A stretch of DNA of 63,551 nt, counting the filler, from Atractiella rhizophila (taxonomy: Eukaryota): assembly GCA_021432655.1 (NCBI GenBank). It is 9 parts of 9 records of this genome, joined end to end, with 100 filler letters (N's around TTAATTAATTAA, not from the genome) between each part and the next. Parts side by side here need not be neighbours in the genome. Positions count along the whole stretch, not along the records: positions 34,526 to 41,731 come from MU272230.1; positions 41,832 to 49,012 come from MU272231.1; 7 more parts are not named here. One strand, 5' to 3'. The position numbers and the translations under genes were made by a program. A model generated the notes under the pieces. The model had not been told where the DNA came from and did not search any database. It was given only the letters and a program-made list of their open reading frames with translations. Below are positions 35,901 through 49,112 of this stretch, one piece after another; positions within the stretch are counted from its first letter, which is position 1, and each line of letters opens with the position of its first letter.

Positions 35901-37175
35901 ATGTCTCTCTGCAAGCAATGGTTTGTCATCCCGTGTTCGACCTTACAAAGTGCTTATCATCCTGAACATCAGTGTTTCTGGCGTCCGTCATGAGGGAGAA
36001 ACAAAGGGAAAGGTCGAACAGGTGTGATGTTGACTCCTTCTTCTATCAATGCGATGATCTGTGCCAAACAATCCACAGATCAATGGTGTTGACTCATATA
36101 TCGCGATCCCAGAGATGGAATACCCTAAGGATAAAGCTCTTCTTTTGCTCACCGACGTAAGTGGATCTAACCTTCACAGTGGGCCATCGCTGACAACAGC
36201 GACGAACAGATTTTCGGCATTCAGCTCAAAAATGCCCTGCTTCTCGCCGATGACTTCGCGCTCAATGGCTTCCATGTCGTCGCTCCTGATCTCTTCAACG
36301 GTTCGTCCATTACATCCTGTCCTCGATCCACTCTGATGTTTTTTGAAGGAGGATCGGCTGAACCCAACGCCTTGAGTCCTGGATCTAACTTCGACCTCCA
36401 TGGCTTCTTCGGCAAGCACAAGGTAGATGACGTCCTTGGTATGCACCTCCAGGTCTACTCTCTCTATAACATGTCTAATTTTACTCTCGGTCGTGTAAGC
36501 CATCATAAAGAAAGTCATTGCTGGCCTTGAGGAAAAGGGAATCACAGTTTTTGGCGCGACTGGATACTGTTTTGGCGGTAAACGAGTCCTGGGTTTCTCT
36601 CTTACCCAAGATTGATTGGTATTCCTTTTTAGGTAAATTTGTTTCTCTCCTGGCCCAGGAAGGAAAGATCAAGGCTGGGGTGATGAATCAGTATGTCCAC
36701 TTTCGATTGCTTCGGCTGCACCTAAGTTCAGTTGCGTAGTCCTTCTCTCCTTGACTTCCCCAGCGAGTTCGAGACGATTAAAAAGGCGAATGTCCCTATC
36801 CTTTGGAACACTGCGGAGGATGACTTTCAGATGAACCAAGAATATCAAGCGGACGCCGACAGAATTTTCAAGGATGACCCGAACTGTGAGTTCTTTCCCA
36901 AAGAATTGTTCGGGAGTTCTAACATTTACTCCATTCACAGACAAGAGAAACTTCTATCCTGTGAGTTGCCAAACGTATCTAAGACGTACATTTTGAAGCA
37001 GTGTTTAGGGCACTCAACATGGGTTTGCCGTCAGGGGAGACCTTTCTCAAGAAAAAATCAAGTGTGTATTCTGCCCCCTCTATATGCTATTTTTTAATTT
37101 GACATGGAATTGAACAGGTTTGCCAAAGAGAACTCTTTCAAAGAGAGCGTCCAATGGCTCCAGAAACATGTTTGA
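35901..37175 (+). CDS. Dienelactone hydrolase family protein (Aim2-like), multi-exon
   Basis: MSLCKQCVSGVRHEG..., LLLTDIFG, LLADDFALNGFHVVAPDLF, GYCFGG nucleophile elbow, HGFAVRGD; TATATAA about 70 nt upstream. Confidence 0.9.
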
Positions 37176-37638
37176 TCAATGAACTTGTGGAAATGCGACA
37201 AACAGTAGCAGAAACGTCCTTATTAAATAAGTCAAAAGAATCTATGGCTACAAACGAACCAATGAAATCAATTTGAAAAAAACCCGGAAGGTTTGCAACA
37301 ATTCCCGAATAGCCAAAATATGATTTTGGAGGCACGTGTGGAACGTGCGCGGTCCCACGCTGAATGACGCAATCAGTCGCAATCAGCGGAACCTTGCAAA
37401 ATGCGACCTCGATCCCATCGATATATAAAAGGAGGGACCCCTTCTTTGAAATCCCCTCAAACGTCCATCTGTAACGAGTAGCAAACACTTGTAACTGTAA
37501 AGCAATGTAAGCAGCTTTGTTTCCCATTCTATGCAAGCTCAATTCACTGACCTCAATACCTCATCTCCTTTCACTTGACTTTCCCCGATCTTTCGCAAAT
37601 CTGCGATCAACATTCTGGAAACACCAAAAAAATCCACC

Positions 37639-38464
37639 ATGAATCGTTTTGGCACCTTCTCTTCCACCTTCCGTACCTTCCAACAATCTCGCGGCTTTGC
37701 CTCTTCGCCAATCAGAAGAATGGCTGATGTGTATTTTGATATCACCATTGATGGTGCTCCCGCAGGAAGGATCGTCTTCAAGCTGGTGTGTCCACTTCAT
37801 TATGCGTTGGGAGGAGATGCTGAATCCTACTCGCAGTACGACGATGTAGTACCAAAGACCGCTGTGCGCACTTTCTGAACGCGTCTGATCATCGGTGCTG
37901 AAACGTGGTGGGGCAGAGGAACTTCAGGGAGTTGGCGACTGGTGCTCCCGGCTTCGGTTACCAGGGCTCCTCATTCCACAGGGTCATCCCTCAGTTTATG
38001 CTTCAGGGAGGAGAGTGCGTCATTTCTTCCCATGAGTTAGATGAAGGGTTTAAGGGTCTGTCAGCTTCACCCGCGGTAACGGAACTGGTGGAAAGTCCAT
38101 CTATGGAGAGAAGTTTGCCGATGAAAACTTCAAGCTCAAGCACACCAAGCCCGGACTTCTCAGCATGGCGAACGCTGGTCCTAACACTAATGGTATGCAG
38201 CTTCCCTTCAATGAACCGGGCCAAATGGCTGAGTAAACCCGCAGGATCTCAGTTCTTCATCACCACTGTTCCTACCAGCTGGTTGGATGGCAAGCACGGT
38301 ATGTATCTATGTCCTTCTATGCGAATGTCAGGCTGATGATTGGAATAGTCGTTTTCGGCGAGGTTGTCGAGGGACTCGACGTCGTCAAGAAGGTCGAGTC
38401 GAAGGGATCTTCCAGCGGCAAAACGTCTGGAACCATCACGATCGCCCAGAGCGGAACTGTTTAA
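37639..38464 (+). CDS. Cyclophilin A-type peptidyl-prolyl isomerase with optional mitochondrial presequence
   Basis: [84 protein letters not shown]. Confidence 0.96.
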
Positions 38465-41400
38465 AGGATGGACAAGTCCGAAAACAAAATAAGTTAACAA
38501 TGGGATGAATTGGAAGCGTGATTATCATATTTACGTGTGCTCCATTGCGATGTGTCAATTTCAACCAGCTTGAGGTTCTGCGTTTCAAAATGTCAATCTG
38601 AACATTCATCTCAAAGGACCATTTTTCATATATACCTCGGTTCAGCACCAGCACACTTCAACGTCCAACACCCTGTGAGAACGTTGTGACTATCATAGCG
38701 TTGCATCTCTCGTCTGGAGTGAAATGGGAAGGTTTCAATGTCGCAAGTCACCCAGTGCCTCGTCGCCCCAGGTTCCAATCCGTTGCGTGATCAGAGCATC
38801 TTTTTGGGAGGTTGAAATCACTGAACTGAACGGTCATGCTTATGATTATTGCACGCACGGCGCTTCATCGAGTCGGCGAGGTCTGCATGGCACTTGCCTA
38901 CCTTATGTCCATCACTATTCTCTCAGGATGATTAATGCCATTGATCCTACTACCGCGCATGCACCCATCTGCAAGCTATACCGTTCACCAAAAAGAACAT
39001 CATTGTCACGCAATAAACACGGCAAACAATCAGGAGTATAAACTGGTGCGAACACTCGTCCATTCTCCGTCGAGGCTTTCAAAAGCTCTTTTCTCTCAAC
39101 CAGGGATTATTCTCTCAATGGGGTCGATACCGAAGAGGATTGGGAGAAGACAGTTCGTTTGAATCTGTTGTCTGCGCTGACCAAATACCAAGATTGCACA
39201 AAGGAAGGTAAGGGATAGTGCTGAAGTGTAGACTGAGACCAATCTGCCTCTATCAAAGTTGAAACATTAAATGTTTCGAACTTAGTGCAATCCGTCATCG
39301 GCATCTTCAAGCTTGCTGAAAGCATCGAGATGGCAGTGTTTTGCACTCCAGAGATTGAGCCATTTATATTAAAGTGTCACGACAGTGGCGAGAGAAATGT
39401 TGAGAAGGCAAAGAGTCATAGGTCTTGCAGTGAACAATGATGTGTCCATGCCGGTACTGGCTTATCTCCCAACACAGATATCAGGTCACATTAAATGTTG
39501 GTAGAGGCCATCGAAGACAGCTTGGTAGTTTGCAGCTTGACAAGTTGGAGTGCCAAGGCGAGACATTCATCGTGGAGAAGCCTGTTTCAGAAGCATCTGG
39601 TTGGCTAGGGTAGCATTCTTCAAGCTCAAAGGCCGTAAAGTGTTCCCCTCTGTCAAGTAGAGAAAGTTTGCTTGTGCCGGCACCGTTTTGAAAAGTAATG
39701 GCAGTTCAAACGAGGTGCAGCCAACCGTGCAACTGACATTCCGAGAAAAGGCGTGCTTGACGCGTGGAAACAGCAAAAATGGCGTCCAAAGCTCCACGCA
39801 GCAGGATCAACCACTGATATCAACCTGTTCTTGGCTCCAATGATCATCCCCGGCGTTCGGGCCTTCCAGCGACGGCTGACGACGCCGTCGTCCCAATCAT
39901 CTGCGTGATCAAGCGAAGAGCAGCTCCATTATGGAGCGTAACTTTCGAAGGTATAGAGTAGTTTGATCCACATACTTGAGGGATAGATGATTGCAGATAT
40001 TGCCCACCTGCAAGGAAGACACTTGCAATTCGTCGCATGTGAAGCTCCATCGTTGCCTCCAAGCGAGTCTGTAACCCTCGGAGTGACTGTTTTTTCATGA
40101 AAGCAATAAGATGGGGTCTCCCAAGTGAACCAATGCTCTCGTATCTTCATCTCTAGGGAAAGGACTTCGCATAGAAGGATTCCATAGCTTGCGTCCAGCC
40201 AAACAGTAAGAGTCCCTGCGCTGCGACTGTAAGACCAGCCCCGCACCAGCTTGATTAAAGTGCGACGAGGGCAGCGAACTAGCTTGTTGTCCAGAGATCA
40301 AGCGAGAAAACGCAGAGGAACGAACGCGGCGCTGAAATAAGGAGTCGAGCCTAGAAATGGATATGCTTCTTCGCCGCGAAGTCCCCCCGGAAATTAGAGC
40401 GAAGCCAAGTCCGATACAGGTCGTGCAACGAGTCTTGAACACGAAAGGCGAAGACAGTTCCCCCTGAAATGGAACCGCATTGATCCGTCAGATAACCTGA
40501 ACGAAAGTTGAATGGTGGCGTGCCATCAAGGCTGGAGTAGAAAAAGATGGGCACAGCAAAGCCTAAACTGGCTGTGGCTGTCGTAGGAGTGAGATGGAAA
40601 GGCAATCCGAGAGACATCAAGCTACTATTCCCTTGAGGAGGAGTTCCAGTGGACGCCTCAAAATCCTGCTCTCGAGTCAGCGGTTTGCCGAGTGTCACAT
40701 GAATGAGAGATGCCTTCTCCAGCTCCTTTGGCCCTTTGCTAGATTACCTTGTGAGATTTCATACTCGGACTGGTAGGAGCTAGGGACCTTCTCTAGCTGC
40801 TCGCTGACTTTGCCTTCGACGCTGCAACGTCACGGCTTCAGATATTCTCACGTTATATCTAGGTTTCTGCGCGTGCACAATTAATTATGCAAAGAAGTCA
40901 TGATGGGAATGGTATCCTGCTTTGAACTTACGCTCCAGCTTGAAATTTGCAAGTTCATATTTCCACCATTGCGATCATTGGAAGGTCTCCTTGGGGACGA
41001 CGTGCAGATGCTGACACAGTATGCTCATTTGTAGCTCAAGGATGATAGAACAAGAGAAGCCAACAACCAAAGAGTGATACAAGGTGAAAGAACACGAATT
41101 GAAGATCGAAATGCCGGGCAGGTAACTCGCAAAAACTAAGCTTGCTGTTGCGGATATTATTGTCGAGGACGAATTGATATATGGTACAAAAAGGGATTAT
41201 CAGCGATTCTGCCTATACTGTCTGTAGTATGTTGTTGATGTTGCGATGCGGAGGATGCCTCTGGGAGCCCAATTGGAGAGCACAAAGATCCCCCAGAGGG
41301 TCACAAGCTGACAGAAATGCATGATTTCGGAATTTGCAGTTTGCAAAATGCTACCGCAACTCTTAGATCGAAGTCCACTGGGACTGAATGAGCTACTTAC

Positions 41401-41731
41401 CTCTCTAATGACAGCTGGTTTTTTGTTTGCGGTGTTGAAGCGACATTCATCGAGGCAGCGTTGAGACCGTATGAAGACATTGCTGACGTCTTCTGGGGTG
41501 TAAACGAAGCCGTCCTCAGTAACTTCGTGGAGTCAGGTTTGCAAACAGGGAAGAGATAGGGAACCAACTGCATTGAATGTAAGAATATGGTGGGAAGATT
41601 AAAGGTGTATCGAAGTGCTGCAATGCAGAGGTGAGAAATAATCGTCAAATATGGGAAGGACAAACAGAGACATCGTAGCCTTGGCGCACGAGCTTCCGAA
41701 CGCTGTCGACAGGGTAAACGACGTGGTGGGT

Positions 41732-41831
41732 NNNNNNNNNNNNNNNNNNNNNNNNNNNNNNNNNNNNNNNNNNNNTTAATTAATTAANNNNNNNNNNNNN
41801 NNNNNNNNNNNNNNNNNNNNNNNNNNNNNNN
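41732..41831. other. Artificial contig spacer
   Basis: 44N-TTAATTAATTAA-44N. Confidence 0.98.
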
Positions 41832-42394
41832 TCGCTCCACTTTCGACAAACCAATCGGTATATTGAAAACTGTTTGTACGGTGAATGCAAATAGAGATAT
41901 TGAAAGATACTATCCATAATTTCGGAGGGCAACAGGGAAATTGGGGAAAATGTTCCGGATGTTGACAGTGTACTCAAATCAGGACGTTGAGTCGAACCCA
42001 TAACAAACGGTGTGGTGTCTGGACGGATAATATATGAGCGGCGGCTTGGATCTAGAACTGGTCTCCAGTAACCTTCGAAACCGTGTGTGCAGTGCCAATA
42101 AAAGGAGGATAAAAACCCTACTTCATTGAAATCTGGGTTGACAGAACTTGGACTAAATTCAGAGTCGACGATACCAGCACAAGTCTCAGAGTGACAGAAA
42201 CCTAGAAACAGATCAAGAGAGCGAGACGTAGGAGCGTCAGCAACGTCCCCTCCGATGTAAAAATAGGATCCTTCTGCTTTTAAAGCTCGCACGCCACGGT
42301 TAAGGGTCAGAAATTCTTGAAAAAGATGTTGTGACTCGGGTGATATATCGCGAAGGACATAAATGTGTAATGTTCGGACATTGGTCAACGCCAC
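41832..42394 (-). CDS. Hypothetical protein with F-box-like motif, truncated; start unclear
   Basis: ISLLPSEIMDSIFQYL...YRLVCRKWS at contig edge matches the F-box consensus. Confidence 0.6.
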
Positions 42395-43988
42395 AAACGA
42401 TTTACTTAAAGATATTGCAGGGTGCTCTCTCGGTCCCCCCTTTCCTTCAAGTTTGTGAGGTAATAACGCTGAAGAAACAACTCAGCTTCAAGTTCATGCT
42501 AGCCTAATGTTGTAAACTAACGCACGTTTCTCCTCTGATTTCTCCTGACTTTGGTCTTCCGCATCATTTAAAACCAAGGCTCCTGTTCCAAAGGACGGAT
42601 CGATCTCATCAGCCATCTTTCGATCTGATCACCGTTGTTTGTGTTGGCCGACAAGGACTAAGGACGACTCAGCCTCCCAATTCCACACCCAGACTCCAGA
42701 CTTGAATGTCATTGACTGCTTGATACCGCTTGAGTTCTGGTTTGAATGTCAAAACTTTCGATCAGAATTCAAGCTTTTTATTCAAGCCTGGTTTTCCTCA
42801 GCTAGGATTAACAGTTATTTAGCGGATGTGCTCCGCTCCAAGTTTCTAGCCAGAACATCCATTTTTTGGCATCGTCCTGCGAGTGTCGGGGACGTGCAAA
42901 TCATCCACAACCCGAGCCACGTTCGCACCACGAAATATGTCCCTGCGGTAATGATTTCGCGATGTTGGAGAGTAGTTCAGCGCTTGTTGGTAGAGCGACT
43001 GAGGACGATTACCGGTGGCTTGTGGCGCATTGGGGAGACGTTGGACGGCCGTGGGAGCAGCGTTTGGGCAATGCTGGAGGAGTACTTTAGATTGATTTGT
43101 GGAGGGGGGTGGTTGTTTTGGAAGCATTGCGGAGGCGTTATTTCACGATTGTGTAACCGGCGGTCTGACGTCCGTTAAGCATTACCATGTAATTGCACCA
43201 TCCTCTCCAACTTAGATTCCCCTGATTCTTCACACGCAAATGGTTGTGCAACGTCACCCTATTGCATGCGTTATAAGGTGCGACAGCCTTCAAGCTCCAT
43301 CCCTTCCCCCCCTTCGTCGTCCAGTTTCATTCTTCCGATCGCCTTGCCCTGACCTCTTCATCACTGATCGCTCTTCCCCCGCTCTTACCCCTCTCCCCAT
43401 TTGTTCGCCTTCGACTTCACCCTTCATCTTCCCTCGTCCTCGTTCTTCCTTTCCCGTTAAGTTGCACCGATAGTTCCAGTCCTTAGTCGCTTGCTCTCAT
43501 GCTCCCCATTCCATATTACGCTGCCTAAATACAAACATGGTCAGCTCGTTCTGCAGATTGAGTCTCAGATAATCTTCCCAAGGTATTAAGGCTGCTTCTC
43601 TTCTTCGAAAGACCTGCTAACCCCATTTAACGAGAAAGAGGCGAGCGAAAGTGGTATAATGTTCCATTTGAAGATCGGAAGTGTGTCAGAGTCCATCGAC
43701 CGTGACAAAATGGGATCGCAAACTCATCGTAGTGCTCATCGTCGTGAGGGAGAGGCGCGGGTAGATCAACAGGAAGGCAGTGATCTTGCGAAGCGAAGCT
43801 ATCAAACCACATCAAGAAGCAAGAAGGCCATCGAACAATGGCTCGCTATATGTTGTTGCGAGTCGCTAGTGTGAATCATTTCTTTGCTTTCTGCTCCGTT
43901 TTAACCATCAAAGCATGAGGTGTGAGTGTGGCATTGATATCAGAATTGAAGATCCTCATATGTGTCACTATGACATTCCAGAAGGAAG

Positions 43989-46141
43989 TTAAAAGCCGAT
44001 GCTCTGCGACTTAAATTCCTTGTTTTGAAGCCTGCCGGTCATCAACACGAGAACCAAGTGAGGATCAAAGCGGACGGACCAATTTTCCAACATCCATACG
44101 GTAAAAGCGGGTTGGTAACCAACGATTCCATGGCCAGCCTCAAAGATCCTGACGAAAGCAAAGTTCCCAGCACCTTGTCCTGCCGTTCGAATCGTAGCCT
44201 TCAACTTGTCTTGAAAAAAGATCTTTTCGTCCTCAGCAACTGCGAATTCGGATTGAAATGGGGTGGGAAGGTCCAGCATCCAGCGAAGGTTTCCGAGCCT
44301 ACCTTTGTGTGAGAGGTATATACGGAGGGATTGAGCTCGCTGCGAGCTTACCAGTGACAGATCATATCCCTGTATACAGTACAGTGTCAACGTTTGTAAT
44401 CAGCACAGCGCCAGTGTACGCACCAGTCCCCTATGTAAGCGATCACTCGAATCCCAGAGGTGACGAGAGGAGCGAGCAGGTCAGAGTGAGGATAAAATTC
44501 ATCACCAGCCAGAACGAAGCGCTCGCTCAGTTCACTATGACACCCATGAGTCCAAAAAATGGGAATAGGACGGAAAGCCGACTAGGAAACAGGCTCCCAT
44601 TTGATTGAGTCAGGTACCAGCTTCAACTTTTTCCTCGTTTCCGGAGAGTTTAGATACTTGATGAGGGGATCGAATGCCTGCACCAACACGGATTCGAGGA
44701 CAAAACTTGAAAGAATCCAAGGAAAATCGTACAGATATAAAACATTCTTCCGGAGCACACTTCTCAGTAATGTCGTATACGGAAATATTCTTCGACATTG
44801 CAGGGCCAAGCATGGTTGACTGACAGTACTCGGCGGCGGGAAAACAAGCAGCTTTGTCGAAGTCGAAGTCGAGACAATTTTTGAATGCTGCAGCGCAGAT
44901 GGGGGCGGACCGCTTCATGATGGCGCATTCTTGCTCATCAAACAGGCCGTGCACGTCGCAAGCCCATTCTGGTGTCAACGGAAACTAGAAAGCACAAGAC
45001 TGTTAGCTTAGGTGGAAAAGGTTAGGAGCTAACGCACCTGCACCCCAAAATTGCTTAAACCATTGCCTGTCCTTGTATGAGCCTAGCACAAGGAAAAGAA
45101 AAGAGGAACTAACCGATTGCCAATGTCTCCATGGGTATATAGACTAGCTCGTCTTTCCAAATGGAGGACGATTTCTTTTGATTTTCTTCGAAAATAACAT
45201 GGGCGAAAGTAGGTACATACGCTCCTCCTGTAGCAATTATGGTATTTAGCCGCATTGTGTGCAGTGTTGTTTAAGTAGCTAACCGTATGATCCTCCTGCA
45301 AGCGTCAATGGCACATTCCATTTAGAGGGAAAGCGTTTGTAGAATAGCTGCAGGAAGGCGTAGACTACTCGTAGCATTAGAGAGGACATGATTACCCACT
45401 TAGATGACGCACTATCTTTTCCAGCCCTGAAGCTATCGCTCACTGGCTCCGCACCTTCATCAAAATAGCTGAAGCCGACGCTGCACACCGGTTGACTACA
45501 GCTCGTGTAGGAGAGCTGGAATCTCACCCCACAGGTTGGTCAACGATGATTAGATTCGCGACATTGTTCCAGCTACTGCCCGCATCAGTGTGCAGTTGAA
45601 GCGAGGATCATGAACTTGGTACCTATAAGGATTTGGAAAGGTACCATTGCCATGCTCATTGAAGAGGCAAGGTCCTGTCCCTCCGAAAACAGACAGCAAT
45701 CCAGAACTTCCCGGACTTGGAAAAGACTTCAGCTTCTGATAGGTTTTGAGAGAACAAACATACCCTCCTGCGAACCAAATCACCAGAGGGTCATTCTCCG
45801 GATCTCTTTCGCTCTCAAAATACCAGAAAAACATATGGTGACTGTTGTTTGCACTGACGTCGAGGTAGCCGGCCCATTGCTTCGCTTTCGTCGGACACGC
45901 GTCTTCTGGTACAACGAGGCGGATGCGATGGTCTTTGAAAGCGGGATGAGTGACAATAGAGACTATATTCCCCCGTAAGGATTCTCTCAAGCTCGTTTGA
46001 ACGCCAATACCCACCGTCACCGCCATTGACGGAGGTTGGCTCCGTTTGAAAGGCCAAGGGCTGTTGGGCAGTGAAAGTAACAGCTGCCGCAACGACTTGC
46101 AGAAGGAAGGAAGCGCTGACCAAGGACAGAGAAGCCCTCAT
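43989..46141 (-). CDS. Secreted serine carboxypeptidase (peptidase S10, CPY-like), multi-exon
   Basis: Signal peptide, WAGYLDV, HMFFWYFESERDPENDPLVIWFAGG|PGSSG, DQPVGVGFSY, LAGGSY, FVRIFEAGH. Confidence 0.9.
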
Positions 46142-46832
46142 GTTGTGATGAGTCTAAAACCAAGACTCAGATAGGACTGAATTCTCGAAGATGAAGCTGT
46201 CGCACGGGCAGCTTGATCGCGGTCTCACGCTGACTATTAATAAGAAGGACAAGGTTTCCTCCTGTGACTCTTCTTGATAATTTCCGTGGTCTGTTCGCGG
46301 TCTGTTGGCATTTGGAATTTGGCGTCCACTGCACGCAATGACAGAAAACAACAAAAACAGCTTGAAGACAGAAGTTGTACAGTAAGGACCTTCTCCTGGG
46401 AAGAACTTCTCCGTTCGCTGAGACAATGTCCTCGGAAATGCATTGCGCAGTGTGAGGACGTAATGAAGCCACCGCTACAATAGATTCCAACATTTCAACC
46501 CTCTCAAAATCGCCCCCTGGTAGCTGGTGATATTTCAAGGCTCGGATATTGATGGAATGCAGCTGAAACGTTAACAGCACCTATTTTATTGGGCCTGTCA
46601 CAGGGGTTTGGGAGAAAACATTAAATCTTCAAGGAAGCGCAAGCTTCGACCTCCTGAACTGGGAGCTAGTAATGAGACAATTAGAAAATGTACATTCATT
46701 TCCATTGGTTTCATCACAGAAGGAATGCAGGATTATCATTCATCTCTGCCCCAAGGGGCTGGTCCAGTGACAGTCGAAACAGCAGCAGCAAGTTTACGAT
46801 CGATTTGCAGTCCCTCGTCCCTTTGACGCGTC

Positions 46833-48801
46833 ATGAGAGAGATAATTACGCTCCAAACTGGTCAAGCGGGTGTGTAGATCGGTGCATTACATTTGGTTAA
46901 CTGAAGGTAAACATAGGCAACCAAATCGCCTCCGCGTACTGGCAATCGTTACTGGTGGAGCATGGCTTGGACAATAATGGGAAATACGTTGGAAAGTAAG
47001 CTATTTCAACATGTATTTAATGGAGTGGATTGGGATGTTTGAGCAGTGATGCGTATCAGACGGAGCGCCTGAATGTCTTCTTCTCCGAAGCTTCTGAAGC
47101 CAAATGGGTCCCGCGCTCGTTACAGGTGCGTTTTCTGTTTTGGTAGAGGAATGGTCAGGCTCAAAAGAGCTATCAGCTTGATCTTGAGCCCGCCACGATG
47201 GAGACCATCAAAGGTGGACCATTGGGCAAACTCTTCCGACCGGACAATTTCATTCATGGTCAATCTGGAGCAGGAAACAATTTCTGTCTGTTTTTCTACC
47301 TGATCATTACGAGAAGGAGCTTATCCATGGTCTAGCAAAGGGATTCTACACTGAAGGTGATTTTGTGAGCTCAAAATGACTGAAATAGTTCTCAATGAAC
47401 CTCTTGATCTAACTTAGGTGCCGAACTTCTGGATAACATCATGGAACAGCTGCGTCTGGAAACGGAGAGATGCGACCTTGTACAAGGATTTCAACTCATT
47501 CACTCACTTGGTGGAGGAACTGGGAGTGGACTGGGAAGTCTACTGTTGAGCAAGATTAGAGAAGAATACCCAGATCGGATGATCGCGTATGCTGTCTTTT
47601 GTCCAATTCCATCATCTCACCCAGCTCGCTTACAGCACTTGGTCTATCCTTCCTTCGCCGAAAGTCTCGGATACAGTCGTTGAAGTATAATTTCTGTTTG
47701 ACATTCAAGCTTCTTCTCACAGAATCATTTGAATAGCCTTACAATGCAACCCTCTGCTTCCACCAGTTGGTCGAGAACTCTGACGAGACTTTTTGCTTGG
47801 ACAACGAAGCGTTATACGATATCGCTCAGAAGACTCTTAAAAACTCCAATCCAGACTACGATTTCCTCAACGCCTTGATCAGCAACGTCATTGTGCGTAT
47901 TCTTTGTGATCGCGCTCACATCTGTTAAACTTGCGCGTAGTCTGGGTGCACGACAACGCTTCGATTCCCGGGACAGCTTAACTCTGATCTGCGAAAGCTT
48001 GGAGTGAACATGGTTCCGTTTCCTCGTTTACACTTTTTCACTTGTGGTTTTGCACCACTTGTTGCGCCAGGGACAAATAGCTATCATAAGCTTAACGTCC
48101 AAGAACTTACCCAACAGATGTTCAGTCCTCTGAATATCTTTGCAGCTTGCGATCCAAGGTGTGTGGCCCGTTGAACTGCGAGCATTGGAAGTTAATGAGA
48201 TGTGAAGACTCGGGAGATACCTTACGGTCGCTGCCATATTTAGGGGACAGAACGTTGCTAGTAGAGATGTGGAAGAGAGCATGTACAATGGTATGATCGG
48301 CTACCCTCACACTTTTACTTGTCGGTAGCGCTGACCGCCTTTGATAGTGCAACAAAGGAATGATGCTTACTTCGTCGAATGGATCCCTAACCGGTACGCC
48401 GTGTCACAGTTATTAATTCTACTCTCTCTCACTATATAATGGCGGGGCAGGGTCCAAACGTCACTTTGCTCAATCCCTCCAGCTGGTCTCCGAATGTCAG
48501 CTACCTTCATTGGGAACTCCACCTCAATTCAAGAACTTTTCAAGCGCACACACGCACAGTTTGCAGCTATGTTCCGGAGAAAGGCTTTCCTCCACTGGTA
48601 CTCACAAGAGGGTATGGAAGAACTTGAATTGTCTGCATTACTCTCTGCCATGAAGAGTAACCAGAGCTGATCAATATGTGTAGTTCTGAGGCGGAGAGCA
48701 ATTTGCAAGACTTGATTGCTGAATACCAGCAGTATGAACAAGCAAGTGCCGATGACGAGGAATTAGAAGAAGAGGCTGAGGAAGGATACGAAGAGGAGTA
48801 G
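46833..48801 (+). CDS. Divergent beta-tubulin (beta-2 type), multi-exon
   Basis: MREI start, [79 protein letters not shown], acidic tail. Confidence 0.95.
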
Positions 48802-49012
48802 AACAGTACGTCACCTCAGCTAAAGTCAAAGGGTCTTTTACTGAATATATGGTAAAATAGTTGAAGGGAGACGGCTATCACCTGAACCGGAACATGAGAT
48901 ACCACTTCTTCGTCAAATTTATTCATTCTAACGGCTCAACGGCTTCCTGGACTAATAATATCAGAAGAAATAATTGGAGAAATTGTTCATAACTGGACTA
49001 CACCACCAGATA

Positions 49013-49112
49013 NNNNNNNNNNNNNNNNNNNNNNNNNNNNNNNNNNNNNNNNNNNNTTAATTAATTAANNNNNNNNNNNNNNNNNNNNNNNNNNNNNNNN
49101 NNNNNNNNNNNN
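49013..49112. other. Artificial contig spacer
   Basis: 44N-TTAATTAATTAA-44N. Confidence 0.98.

Noticed and set aside
38700..41731. Short ORFs downstream of the cyclophilin gene
   Set aside because: No recognisable motif or consistent exon chain; possibly decayed genes, but not supportable.
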